A DNA stretch of 64,000 bases from Octopus bimaculoides (taxonomy: Eukaryota): contig NC_068983.1 of assembly GCF_001194135.2 (NCBI RefSeq), positions 124,435,664 to 124,499,663 of the forward strand, in the 5' to 3' direction. Both the position numbers and the translations under genes were made by a program. This document shows positions 14,193 to 27,097 of the stretch, one piece after another (within the stretch, counting starts at the first letter, position 1; each line of letters starts with the position of its first letter). The notes under the pieces are model-generated. The model was not told the DNA's origin. It ran no database searches and worked only from the letters and a program-made list of their open reading frames with translations.

Positions 14193-14792
14193 AACCAGTA
14201 TGATAATATTATATAGAAACTTTTAACGAATATGTATGAGTAAAACAACTGACAAATAGAACAGATGTACGCTATATTTTATTTATTTCTGAATAAGAAA
14301 CTGAAGATACATATAAGAACACTGGTAGTTGGTTAATTTATCTTCTTTGACAGTAAACATTTTTCAAATCAAGAATTTATCCGGATTTCTAAGTGCAGAA
14401 GAAAACAAAGACGTTTACATTAATATATTTTGATTTCTTAGGATTAATATACACTTTCGATTGAATGTTCAATATGATTCTCTCCCCTCAGCACAAACAT
14501 TAAACAAGTTTAATGTATTTGAGTATGATGGAAAATTCTTGTAAGCCAAGTTTTTCTCTGAAGGGTTGGAGAATATATTTAAATATCGTTGCGATAAAAC
14601 TGGAAGAGATAAATTCTTTACGAATGTCAGTTTAATTTAATTGGTACCTAAAGAAGTGTGTTTATTTGGAAAATATTTGCATGAATCAACTTTAGTTTTC
14701 CCATAAACACTGTTAGTAAGAGAGAAAGAGGAATATATTTACTAAGCCTTTCTTCATTTCTATAGCATAACATACATATTTATACAAAGGTA

Positions 14793-14882
<90 letters not shown>

Positions 14883-14999
14883 TTATATATATAGGCAATT
14901 TTAGAATGTAAGAATTAGAAACAACAGTACTAGCACATTTAATATGTACAATATAGACTGTGACTCCGAAGGTTATACTAGCGCAGGCATACTGACACA

Positions 15000-15096
15000 A
15001 TGCCGGTTGATGGTGAGATGAATTTAAATGATACTACAGTTGAAGGAAATATAAATAATAACAGAAATAAAATTAACACACATGATAGTAGTAGGC

Positions 15097-15176
<80 letters not shown>

Positions 15177-15900
15177 TACAACAACAATGATAAGAATACT
15201 CCTGATTGCAATTGTAGAATTAAATCCCACTGTCTGTTATTTGGTCGATGTCTAATCCAAAGCGTAATTTATAAACGTACAATCATAATGAGGCTGCTAA
15301 CTTTATATATATAGGATGTTCGATAGATATGAAAAAACGCATCAATAACCATTTTTCATCTTTTGGACTTAAACATAAAGCCAATTGTACATCCTTATCT
15401 AGCAAGATTTGGGAACTGAAGGAAAGCGGGATATAATACGGAGAGCGCGGCCTTATAGAGATAGTCGATACGTGTATGAGCTGTGCTTTATGGAAACTTA
15501 TAAGATTTTAAAAACTAGGAACAAGAACAACCAGATTAATAATAGATTAGACCTAAGGGTATCATGCTTGCTACTTCTTTGTTTCCAACACAAATGCAGC
15601 AAAATAGAATCAAGTTTTCTGTATAACCCAAATTGAAAAATTACTGGAAGTTAACGGATACCCGGGACTCATTACCATTACCCTTCAAGACTCTAAGTAT
15701 CAGAAAGGTAAAATCCCTTCCACTGCAGCTTCTATTGCCTTTAATGCTATCTGTTGGGAAGAACTAGCTATACAACTGGCCATGCAGGACAGTTACAAAG
15801 AAGATATTTACTGAAGAAACGGTCCTCCGACGATTGAAACTGAAGTGCACTGGCTACCAAATGCGATGAATATGACATCGACAGTCCGTTTCGATCATTA
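15000..15900 (+). mobile_element. Penelope-like element 3' fragment (GIY-YIG endonuclease and pseudo-LTR)
   Basis: CNCRIKSHCLLFGRCLIQSVIYK, then FIYIGCSIDMKKRINNHFSSF..TSLSSKIWELKE..RARPY..ELCFME..INNRL across frameshifts (15205-15570). In-frame (AAT)n at 15099-15176. Decayed CTGAAGA..GAAAC motif at 15811-15848. Confidence 0.85.
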
Positions 15901-16362
15901 TATATCAAAATACAAAAAGAATATAAGCACATGAGCATCAGTTTTCATAGAACATCTTGAAAGATACAGGGACATGACTAAGGACAAAGTAGTTACAATT
16001 CAGTAACAATTACAGGAATAGACTGCAATATAGCCAAACAAATAAAGGATGTTATTTTTATGAAAAAACAAAGCATAACACAAGCCTGCAATAAATGTCG
16101 GCTTGAATTACAAAGCGATACTATCCAGTTTTTCATTGTATACGTCTTACCCCATTTTGCCGTTTCCAACTCTTGGAATACAAAACACATTTACTAACTC
16201 TGTATCTCCAGAGGCATGGCATTTCGAGCATAATTCTAAAATATTTGACAGGCCGATAGAATAAAAAGGTAAGTTTTCTCTTTGTTTCCCACTCTCCCTC
16301 TCATCCTGTAAAATGTTTCTAAAGGATTAATTAAATGTCAGGACTAATTCAATATTACTTAA

Positions 16363-16577
16363 CCCTTTAGCATGCAGCTTACTCTGTCAAATGTAATACT
16401 TATTTATTCACCTTGTTTTGAATTAATATTATCTTGTAGCTTTGAGATTTCGATGATGTGATTGTATATTTTTAGAATGACATTTTAGGGTAGGTGTGAG
16501 ATGCCGAACCTGACCAGTTTGAACCTAAAACAAGAAGAATATTTTGGCCGTATATAGCCGGTTTAAATGCCAAAGGG
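16363..16577. mobile_element. piggyBac-type MITE (215 bp)
   Basis: TTAA at 16359-16362 and 16578-16581. TIRs CCCTTTAGCAT / ATGCCAAAGGG (one mismatch). Confidence 0.9.
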
Positions 16578-16753
16578 TTAAGTGGCATTTCAATGTTTTT
16601 GTTATCGCTATTTCTTCATATTTAATATTCTATCTGCATAGCTATCATTTTCTACACCAATAGGACTTAATACATTATTTTAAGTAACAGTCTGTTGAAT
16701 TGAACTCAGAATATGAGCACAAATAGACACACCTACACAAACGCCCATATGTA

Positions 16754-16935
<182 letters not shown>

Positions 16936-16982
16936 TACACGCACACACGAACATATACACACAGCAATTTATATGAATTTTA

Positions 16983-17198
16983 GGGCGGTGAGCTGGTAGA
17001 ATCTTTAGTACGCCAGGTAAAATGCTTAGCGACATTTCATCCGTCTTTATGTTCTAAGTGCAAATTCTGCCGAGGTCAACTTTGCCTGTCATCCTTTCGG
17101 AGTCGATAAAATAAATACCAGTTAAGCATTAGGGTCGATGTAATTGGTTTACTCCTCCCTGAAATTCCTGGTCTTTTGCCAAAATTTGAAACCAATAT
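16983..17198 (+). mobile_element. SINE family A monomer
   Basis: GGGCGGTGAGCTGGTAGAATCTTTAGTACGCCAGG head, core GAGGTCAACTTTGCCTGTCATCCTTTCGG, tail GCCAAAATTTGAAACCAATATT. Confidence 0.88.
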
Positions 17199-17354
17199 TC
17201 ATATGCATTTTAGTGTTTCTGATTTACTCTGCGTTGTGCACAAAAGAGATATTCTCTAATTAATGGCAAACCGTCAAAAGCATAAACAAGCAAATTTAGC
17301 TATTCAACTCAGTGCTAGTCTAATTGAATAATACATATATTCACACATTCACAC

Positions 17355-17430
<76 letters not shown>

Positions 17431-18857
17431 CACACACACGCTCAAACACACTCATAGACACACATGCTGAGCGATAGTAGTTATAATATAAGTAACTGTT
17501 GTACACATACATACACACAAACAAAAAAACAAACACAAATACACAAACATGTATATATATATGTATATATAATGCATACGTATATATATATTTTTACTCA
17601 TATATCCATACACATACACATATGTATTTATATATATTTGTGTATATATATTTGTGCGTGTGCAGATGAGGAAATCAGAAAGACCACATTGGTGCTCAAG
17701 CATGACCGCAGCCGCATGGCTGAAACTAGTAAAGGAGTATTACAAGTTAGGGACTCCTTCATAGAGTAACTGCTGCATTTGTTGAGTATATAAACAGTTT
17801 GGCTGCTTGGTGTTTTCTGGAAACTGTCAGAATGATGAAGTAATATTAATATAACTGTTNNNNNNNNNNNNNNNNNNNNNNNNNNNNNNNNNNNNNNNNN
17901 NNNNNNNNNNNNNNNNNNNNNNNNNNNNNNNNNNNNNNNNNNNNNNNNNNNNNNNNNNNNNNNNNNNNNNNNNNNNNNNNNNNNNNNNNNNNNNNNNNNN
18001 NNNNNNNNNNNNNNNNNNNNNNNNNNNNNNNNNNNNNNNNNNNNNNNNNNNNNNNNNNNNNNNNNNNNNNNNNNNNNNNNNNNNNNNNNNNNNNNNNNNN
18101 NNNNNNNNNNNNNNNNNNNNNNNNNNNNNNNNNNNNNNNNNNNNNNNNNNNNNNNNNNNNNNNNNNNNNNNNNNNNNNNNNNNNNNNNNNNNNNNNNNNN
18201 NNNNNNNNNNNNNNNNNNNNNNNNNNNNNNNNNNNNNNNNNNNNNNNNNNNNNNNNNNNNNNNNNNNNNNNNNNNNNNNNNNNNNNNNNNNNNNNNNNNN
18301 NNNNNNNNNNNNNNNNNNNNNNNNNNNNNNNNNNNNNNNNNNNNNNNNNNNNNNNNNNNNNNNNNNNNNNNNNNNNNNNNNNNNNNNNNNNNNNNNNNNN
18401 NNNNNNNNNNNNNNNNNNNNNNNNNNNNNNNNNNNNNNNNNNNNNNNNNNNNNNNNNNNNNNNNNNNNNNNNNNNNNNNNNNNNNNNNNNNNNNNNNNNN
18501 NNNNNNNNNNNNNNNNNNNNNNNNNNNNNNNNNNNNNNNNNNNNNNNNNNNNNNNNNNNNNNNNNNNNNNNNNNNNNNNNNNNNNNNNNNNNNNNNNNNN
18601 NNNNNNNNNNNNNNNNNNNNNNNNNNNNNNNNNNNNNNNNNNNNNNNNNNNNNNNNNNNNNNNNNNNNNNNNNNNNNNNNNNNNNNNNNNNNNNNNNNNN
18701 NNNNNNNNNNNNNNNNNNNNNNNNNNNNNNNNNNNNNNNNNNNNNNNNNNNNNNNNNNNNNNNNNNNNNNNNNNNNNNNNNNNNNNNNNNNNNNNNNNNN
18801 NNNNNNNNNNNNNNNNNNNNNNNNNNNNNNNNNNNNNNNNNNNNNNNNNNNNNNNNN

Positions 18858-18908
<51 letters not shown>

Positions 18909-19244
18909 ATATATTCATGTGTATATATATATGTGGTTTCCGATAACAATAATACTAATATTATTGCAGTGATAATACCAACATAATACTGTTACTATAC
19001 CTACAATGTAGATTACAATAATCTAAGAAAACAAGATTAATATTATCCAGCTAAATACACATGATTTCGTGTCACTTTGTTCCTGTGTGTAAGCGTGTAC
19101 AGACGCCTGGCCGCACAATACATAAATCTATATGTAAATACACACATACACACACACACATATTTATATATGTGTGTGCATGTGTGCTTGTGTGTATGTA
19201 TGTGTGTATGTGCACGTACGCACATCTTTCTCTCTATATGTGTG

Positions 19245-19287
<43 letters not shown>

Positions 19288-19757
19288 GTACGTATATATA
19301 TTAATAGTTTCAAACAAGATTCCTTTCTTCTTAATACAAACGACATTTGCCCATCTATCAATCTATTTAAAATATTTTCGACGACGACTTTGCACTTCTT
19401 TGTTAAATCCGTGCAAATCTTTCTTAATTCACAATATCTCGAAGATTAAATTTCAGACAATCGCTTCATCTACTACTTTTTCTTTTTTATTAGAGATCTG
19501 TGAACACACACAGACACAGGCACACACATACATGTGTACTCTGATGGTGACTGATCTGGCTGAAACTTCGATATCACCGTCAATCATATTGTTAAAGGAT
19601 AACAATTTTGTACTCTACCAGATCTATTGAATAATCCATCAATTTCATGTTAAATTGTTTTTATTATAACATCAAAAGAAACATGAATATATATATATGT
19701 ATATATATGCATACATATATGTATGCATACATACACACGTACGCATACATATATATA

Positions 19758-20600
19758 CAGAGTGCGATAGGAAAATTGTTGCCATATTATATTTTTAATT
19801 TCGCGTATGCGTATCGTTTGTTACTGAATTTGTCGACTACACTGTATAGTAGGGTCAGTTGGGCGCCGTCTGTGAGGAAAACAGCCCCATGACACAATTT
19901 CCTATGCCAGAAATTTGCAAATAACATGATGTACTGCTTGGTATTCGCGCCGGAACTTCCAATACGAACATTTCAGAGTGTTGGCTGTCAATCTGAGTTC
20001 CGAAAACATGTACTACCGAGAGTGATGTAAATCAAACATCCAGTTTGGAATGATCACTAGCGATGGCGACGCTATGCTTCCATTCATCTTCCCACGCAAC
20101 CTCAGACTCAACACAGAGGCCTACATCAAGTGCCTGCCGGCGGTAGTGCTGTCAAGAGGGTGGTTGCTGGAAGACAATATATTTGGGAACAGGACTTTGC
20201 ACCATGCCACACAAGCAAGAGAACCCAATCATGGCTGTCAGATAATTTCTGTGACCACCTTACTCCTAACACCTGGCCACCTAACTCCTAACACCTGGCC
20301 ACCTAACTCCCCAGACTGCAACTCCCTTTATCATTATGTGTGGGGTGCAGCTGAGCGAGAGACCAACAAGTCTTTGTAGCACCAAAGATGAAGTGAAGGC
20401 AAGGAATATGGTAGCATTCACCAACTTAAACAAGGAGAGCGTCCAGAAAAGTTGCAAGGAAATTTTGAAGTCGTCTGGAGGCCATAGATAAAGCTAGTGG
20501 AGATTTTATTGAATAAATTTACTCTTCAGTATTTCAAGATATCTTTTATATAATTTTGGTAAATATATGTGTTAAAATGAGATGTCAGTTTTATTTTCAT
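19758..20600 (+). mobile_element. maT (DD37D-type) transposon, internally deleted, right TIR not found
   Basis: TA+CAGAGTGCGATAGGAAAATTG left end. ITSDGDAMLPFIFPRNLRLNTEAYIKCL..EQDFAPCHTSKRTQSWLSDNFCDHLTPNTWPPNS..DCN..YVWGAAERETNK. Second-to-third acidic spacing is 37 residues once a 22-bp duplication is removed. Confidence 0.88.
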
Positions 20601-20639
20601 TGTTGCGTAATTTTTGGTGTTATTTTTATTTTTTGTGTA

Positions 20640-20690
<51 letters not shown>

Positions 20691-20700
20691 CACACACACA

Positions 20701-20739
<39 letters not shown>

Positions 20740-20889
20740 ACACACACGCAAGCACACAATATGAATGTATGAATAAGGATCATTTATACATGTCTTGTAC
20801 ACTCTATACAATACATTTTGTTTTATATTATATAATGTGTGCTGCATGTATAATATTATATATTTATATACATATTTTACAACACTTCT

Positions 20890-21654
20890 ATTACGCGCGT
20901 CAATTTTTTGAGGTCATTCGATTGAACTAAGAAAAAGACGCATAGCTCATCAAAGAGAAGCTGTATTTCAAAACAAATTGTTACAAATAATCTTGAGGAT
21001 CCTTTTATCACACCTGTTCAATGAACCCATCGTTAGCGTCAATGGCTTCTTCAATATGACGTTGACATACTCGAATCAGATGATCTTTATCAATTTCGGA
21101 TATAGTGCTGGCTAATATGGGCTTGAGAGAGTGTAAGGTATTATGGAGATGTTGATTGACGTACGCCCAATATGTAACACGTCCAATATATAACGCTGCA
21201 GTAGGTTGAGGTCTGTTGGACTAGGAGGCCATGTGACTGGGAGAACATGATCGTGGAGATTGGCATGTCCCACACTTGGGTTGTCCTAACCTTATGAAGG
21301 GATGCAGAGTCATATTGGAAGACGCACGGTTTTCCGTTGCTTACTCTATCTATCCAGGGCTTCACGACTTTTTCTAACACGTCTGTGTAAACAAGCAGTA
21401 TTCACTCTTAAGCCTTTTGAAAAGATTTGAGGAGGCATGACATCTCGTTCGTTGCTGACGACTTCCAGAACCATCATAGTTGCTGAGAGCTACCATTCGG
21501 CCCTGTGCACGTTTGAGACAACGATTATAGTGTGGTTTTTCCTTTTCTAGCTCAACCTGATGTCTATGATTATTTATCTGAAAAGTAAGGTAATAAAAAA
21601 GGTTAGAAGAAAAAGGTCTTGGAATAAGTGTCCTCAAAAAACTGGTGCACTCTG
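20890..21654 (-). mobile_element. Second maT-like transposon remnant, different subfamily
   Basis: Minus-strand ATMMVLEVVSNERDVMPPQIFSKGLRVN..LEKVVKPWIDRVSNGKPCVFQYDSAS..WPPSPTDLN. TIR CAGAGTGCACCAGTTTTTTGAGGACAC starting at 21654 with TA. Degenerate partner GCGCGTCAATTTTTTGAGGTCATT near 20895. Confidence 0.82.
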
Positions 21655-21861
21655 TATATAAATGTTGACAGGGTCTCCATCTCCTTCCATGAGTCAACGT
21701 GCTATAGGCTGTGTCCATCCATGAAATTGCTAGTTGATTAATATTTACCTGTTGCTCGATATTTTTCATGTGACCTGGCATCTCTCTCTCTACCTACCTA
21801 CCTACCTACCTACTTACCCATCCATCCATCCATTTCTTCATGCATGCATGCATGCACCCAC

Positions 21862-21864
21862 CTG

Positions 21865-21907
<43 letters not shown>

Positions 21908-21912
21908 GTCTA

Positions 21913-21951
<39 letters not shown>

Positions 21952-22008
21952 GACTGCCTGCCTGCCTGCCTGTCTGTCTGTCTGTCTGTCTGTCTCTATC
22001 TATCTTGC
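21862..22008. repeat. Compound tetranucleotide microsatellite TATC>TGTC>TGCC>TGTC
   Basis: Directly visible. Similar compound arrays at 52330-52475 and 53105-53170. Confidence 0.95.
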
Positions 22009-22009
22009 A

Positions 22010-22300
22010 CGACTACAATACCACAAAAGCATTCTATAGAGGATTAGTGGAGGGGAGGTATGACGACGATCTTGAGAAGAACCTGGGTGTCGACGAGGAA
22101 TACCTGACCCGCCTATTCAGGACAACTTTCTGGCCGGGATCTATGGACAACTTACAGAGATCCCTGGTCTGCCAGTGCTATGGAAAAGCACTACCCGTTC
22201 GAGATAAGCTCTACAGGCATGGCTCTAGAAACACCGGGCCGATCTGCCCGAGATGCAGTCAGAGCGACGAAACCGTTCTGCATGCACTTGTGCAGTGTCA
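22010..22300 (+). mobile_element. Tx1/L1-like LINE fragment with zf-RVT zinc finger
   Basis: TKAFYRGLVEG..ALPVRDKLYRHG..CPRCSQSDETVLHALVQC (C-x2-C..H..C). Homologous to 30460-30970 and 54028-54195. Confidence 0.8.
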
Positions 22301-22660
22301 AACCACACTCCTTAAGCTACGGTCCAAAAGTTGCAAAGCCTGAATTATGAGATTTTGCAATATCTTTCCCATTCCTCTGATATCTCTCCTACTAATCATT
22401 ACTTATCTAAGCATTTTGAGCTTTTCATAAGCAATAAAACATACTTAAATAGGGAAGAGGTAATTGAAGCATTCAGACAGTTTATCACAGCAAAGTATGA
22501 ATTTTTGTTTTAAAGATGGAGTACATGGCGTAGAGAAATGTTGGGTAAACGCCATAAATGAACATAAATCAAACTTTGATTAAATAAATCCGTTCTCTAA
22601 CACATCTGAAACATTTTATTGATATCTTTCAAATACGACATTTCATGTGAAATAACCTAA
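22301..22660 (+). mobile_element. 3' fragment of the same mariner family as 5391-6637
   Basis: Aligns to the reverse complement of 5391-5740 (AAGCTACGGTCCAAAAGTTGCAAAGCCTGAATTATGAGATTTTGCAA...). Ends in TIR CATTTCATGTGAAATAACCTAA + TA, which runs into (TATC)n 22661-22772. Confidence 0.92.
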
Positions 22661-22737
<77 letters not shown>

Positions 22738-23338
22738 GTCTATCTATCTATACATCTATCTATCTATCTATATGCTATAATATTTAGAATGATTCATAGA
22801 ACTGTTACATCAGAATAAACAATTACAGCCCATTGTGTTTGTGTTATTGAATAATCTTTCTTTTGTTCGTCTAATCAACACACATACAAGTATATATATA
22901 TATATATNNNNNNNNNNNNNNNNNNNNNNNNNNNNNNNNNNNNNNNNNNNNNNNNNNNNNNNNNNNNNNNNNNNNNNNNNNNNNNNNNNNNNNNNNNNNN
23001 NNNNNNNNNNTATATATATACTGTGTGTAGTGTGTATACACCCAAAATTCAAAACACCTAGCTTGTAACTGGTTAAAATCTAATGAGGAGTCAGCAAGGT
23101 CTCCCGATTGATTTTTATACAGCTTATATCACAACAATGCATCCTTGGGCGCTTGAATTCTGATATTCTAATTGTAGCATTCTATTCAATATATGCTGTA
23201 GCCTTCTATTCAATGTATGCGAGAGCAATTAATATCTGAGAGAAAGATAGCTAACTAGATAGCTAGGTAGAGAGATTGATAGACAAAGAGATGAGTCGTA
23301 AGGTTGAATACTTTCTGGAAGAGATTTATCTAGATTGA

Positions 23339-23402
<64 letters not shown>

Positions 23403-24266
23403 NNNNNNNNNNNNNNNNNNNNNNNNNNNNNNNNNNNNNNNNNNNNNNNNNNNNNNNNNNNNNNNNNNNNNNNNNNNNNNNNNNNNNNNNNNNNNNNNNN
23501 NNNNNNNNNNNNNNNNNNNNNNNNNNNNNNNNNNNNNNNNNNNNNNNNNNNNNNNNNNNNNNNNNNNNNNNNNNNNNNNNNNNNNNNNNNNNNNNNNNNN
23601 NNNNNNNNNNNNNNNNNNNNNNNNNNNNNNNNNNNNNNNNNNNNNNNNNNNNNNNNNNNNNNNNNNNNNNNNNNNNNNNNNNNNNNNNNNNNNNNNNNNN
23701 NNNNNNNNNNNNNNNNNNNNNNNNNNNNNNNNNNNNNNNNNNNNNNNNNNNNNNNNNNNNNNNNNNNNNNNNNNNNNNNNNNNNNNNNNNNNNNNNNNNN
23801 NNNNNNNNNNNNNNNNNNNNNNNNNNNNNNNNNNNNNNNNNNNNNNNNNNNNNNNNNNNNNNNNNNNNNNNNNNNNNNNNNNNNNNNNNNNNNNNNNNNN
23901 NNNNNNNNNNNNNNNNNNNNNNNNNNNNNNNNNNNNNNNNNNNNNNNNNNNNNNNNNNNNNNNNNNNNNNNNNNNNNNNNNNNNNNNNNNNNNNNNNNNN
24001 NNNNNNNNNNNNNNNNNNNNNNNNNNNNNNNNNNNNNNNNNNNNNNNNNNNNNNNNNNNNNNNNNNNNNNNNNNNNNNNNNNNNNNNNNNNNNNNNNNNN
24101 NNNNNNNNNNNNNNNNNNNNNNNNNNNNNNNNNNNNNNNNNNNNNNNNNNNNNNNNNNNNNNNNNNNNNNNNNNNNNNNNNNNNNNNNNNNNNNNNNNNN
24201 NNNNNNNNNNNNNNNNNNNNNNNNNNNNNNNNNNNNNNNNNNNNNNNNNNNNNNNNNNNNNNNNNG

Positions 24267-24401
24267 GTCGACTTTGCCTTTCATCCTTTCGGGGTCGATT
24301 AAATAAGTACCAGTTACGCACTGGGGTTGATATAATCGATTTAATCCGTTTGTCTGTCCTTGTTTGTCCCCTCTGTGTGTAGCCCCTTGTGCGTAGTAAA
24401 G

Positions 24402-24407
<6 letters not shown>
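24267..24407 (+). mobile_element. SINE family A, core and long tail (head in gap)
   Basis: GGTCGACTTTGCCTTTCATCCTTTCGGGGTCG..CCCCTTGTGCGTAGTAAAGAAATAA, then (CA)n. Confidence 0.9.
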
Positions 24408-24456
<49 letters not shown>

Positions 24457-24677
24457 ACATATACACACACATACGTACATCCATACATACATGTATACGT
24501 ATACATGTATACGTATACACATACACACATTCATACCTTGTGAGTAATTTCAACGCATGTTGTAATTTCCTGCATTGAAGTGCAATTACCTGAATTCAAA
24601 ATTTCGGAAACATTCAAGTCAGGCGCTCGTCATCATTTGATTATTCTAAATGTCTGTGAAATATACTTCGGGAATAC

Positions 24678-24996
24678 AGGCGCAGGTCTGTCTGCGTGAT
24701 AAGAAGTTTGCTTCCCAACCAAATAGTTTCGGGTTCAATCCCACTGCCTTGTAGCTTGTAAAAGTGTTTTCTACTATAGCCTCGGGCCAAAAAAAAAAAA
24801 AGCCTTGCGATGAGTGGATTTTGCGTCTGTATTTGTACCTCATGACTGCTCGCCAGCCCATATTGGCGTGTTCATGTCCCCGTAACCTTAGCAGTTCGGC
24901 AAAAAGAGACTGATAGAATAACTACCAGGCTTCAAGGTGGTGGTCCAGTATCACCATAGTGTAATGACCGAAACAAGTTAAGAATAAAAGATAAAG
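24678..24996 (+). mobile_element. SINE family B (tRNA-headed), degenerate
   Basis: AGGCGCAGG head, CGGGTTCAATCCC B box, AAGTGTTTTCTACTATAGCC core, GTCCCCGTAACCTTAGCAGTTCGGCAAAAAGAGAC, tail GAAACAAGTTAAGAATAAAAG. Homologous to 45431-45607 plus 46837-47102. Confidence 0.8.
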
Positions 24997-26961
24997 AGAA
25001 AGGAAATTTACAGTTTACCCTAAACTTCAAAATACTTGCCAAAATCGTACTTCAACAGGAAAGTATATGGGATATGTAACACACTACCTAAATACGAATC
25101 TTGAGAAATTAGACTTCTCAAAACCTGGCAGGAAAAAGCTAATTCGAAGACTACAGATCCAATCCAACACTGGAACTGTAACTGTAAAATTCTGTGAAAC
25201 TTTCCAGAAGTTTATCATTTAAATGTATATGAGCGTGTTTAGATATGCAACTATATGCATGAGAATACATACATAAAACATACAAATCCGTACATACATA
25301 CATACATACATACATACAAACATACATACATGCATACTTACATATACAGATCTTCGCGTGCCAGTGCATATATTTGTGTGCGTGTGTGCGCACTGACACA
25401 CAAGTATCCACATGTACATATACATACGTATACACAAATACCTACGCACACGTATATATACATGCATACATACATACACGCGTACATACATACATATATA
25501 CATACATACATACATACATACATACATTACATTACATTATTTCATTATAATTTGCCATAGAAGCAGAACACAGCGTAGCTGCGGGCTACACAAACACATT
25601 AATGAGATGAAATGAATGATAAACATGATGGTATAATGGGAGAAGACAAAAGCCGCCCGCCGAACTTTGCTTCTCTAAAACACTGTTCTTTTATAAATAA
25701 AATTTACACATTGAGGCGATGAACCTCGTACATAAAACATTCCAAATTATGACATAAATTAAGGCACTTGCCTCTTACAAATTTTCATTATATGAGTCAG
25801 ATGACCCCCACAATATGAGGCACTCGTCCTCTTACATTTTTTTGCCCGCCAGATTCATTGCTTCACTCAAGCACAACCATGGGTCTGGATCGGGCCAATC
25901 CACAAGACGGAATTCGCTGATGGGGAAGGAATTCACCACCGTACATACGGATCCTTAGTACAGGTGAGGATTCCCTCCCTCCAACCCTTCCTAGTACACT
26001 TTTTCACATACATACATATATACATGCATACCAATGGATACCCACGTGCATCTGTACACACATGCAAACGTACATACATCCACTCCTACATCCACCTAGC
26101 CCTACAACCACACACCCACACATTCATACGCATATACATATATATACACATGCGCACACGTGCACACACATACGTACACATACATATACACCAATGCATA
26201 AACATATCCATCAATGTCATTGTGTACATATACACACATACGTATTGTTTTTGTCTCTTTAGTTATTCATTTCATTACATTTTTGTTAATATAACTTAGT
26301 GACATACGGTCGCATTCAGAAAGTATCATATATGAATATATATAAATATGTAAACATAAACAAACATATTTAATCATATTGTTGGTTCTTTAGTTATTTA
26401 GTCTACGGTCGCATTCTGAAAGTGTCATACATGAACATATATAAATATATAAACGTATATAAACATAATAAAATATATATAAACATATACAAACATATCA
26501 AAATGTTGGACATACTTCACAACATACGTTGTTTAAGATGTAGAATAGCGAAGATTGTACATCCATTTTGTTATATCATGTTCAATAATAATATCAATGA
26601 TAATAATATCAATAATAATATCAATGACTTGTTATGTAAAAGTTATATTGAACATTTATACCTAGAGTATGTTGTCTAAGCTTACATTGTATATGTTGTA
26701 GCATTCTCATCCGGTTCTTCCATAGTATAAGTTCCAGGGATTGTTGTTTATGAAACTGTCACTCAGGGGTGGGGGAACGATGAATTCAAATTGCTGGGGT
26801 TATATATGTTTTTTTGTGTTTACTTTGTATTTGTTAGGCGTTATTTCTATCATACTGTGTGAAGGTGTGGTTATTTGCGTGCATGCATCTGGGCGATATT
26901 TTTAGCCAGACCCCACTTTATGCATGCATGTACCTAACGTGACACAGACTGTAAAATATGA

Positions 26962-27007
26962 TGCACAAAAGAACAGTCGTAGGATGGGTTGAAACGATCG
27001 TCGTACA
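26962..27007 (+). ncRNA. Decayed hammerhead-like motif
   Basis: TGCAC-(core eroded to AAAAGA)-..GGGTT-GAA-ACGATCGT-C-GTACA. Palindromic helix III, GUC triplet and 4/5-bp helix I remain. Confidence 0.4.
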
Positions 27008-27061
27008 GAATAAAGACTGATATCAAATGCATCTTCTGTTTCCTTAGTCGATTATATATAT

Positions 27062-27097
<36 letters not shown>

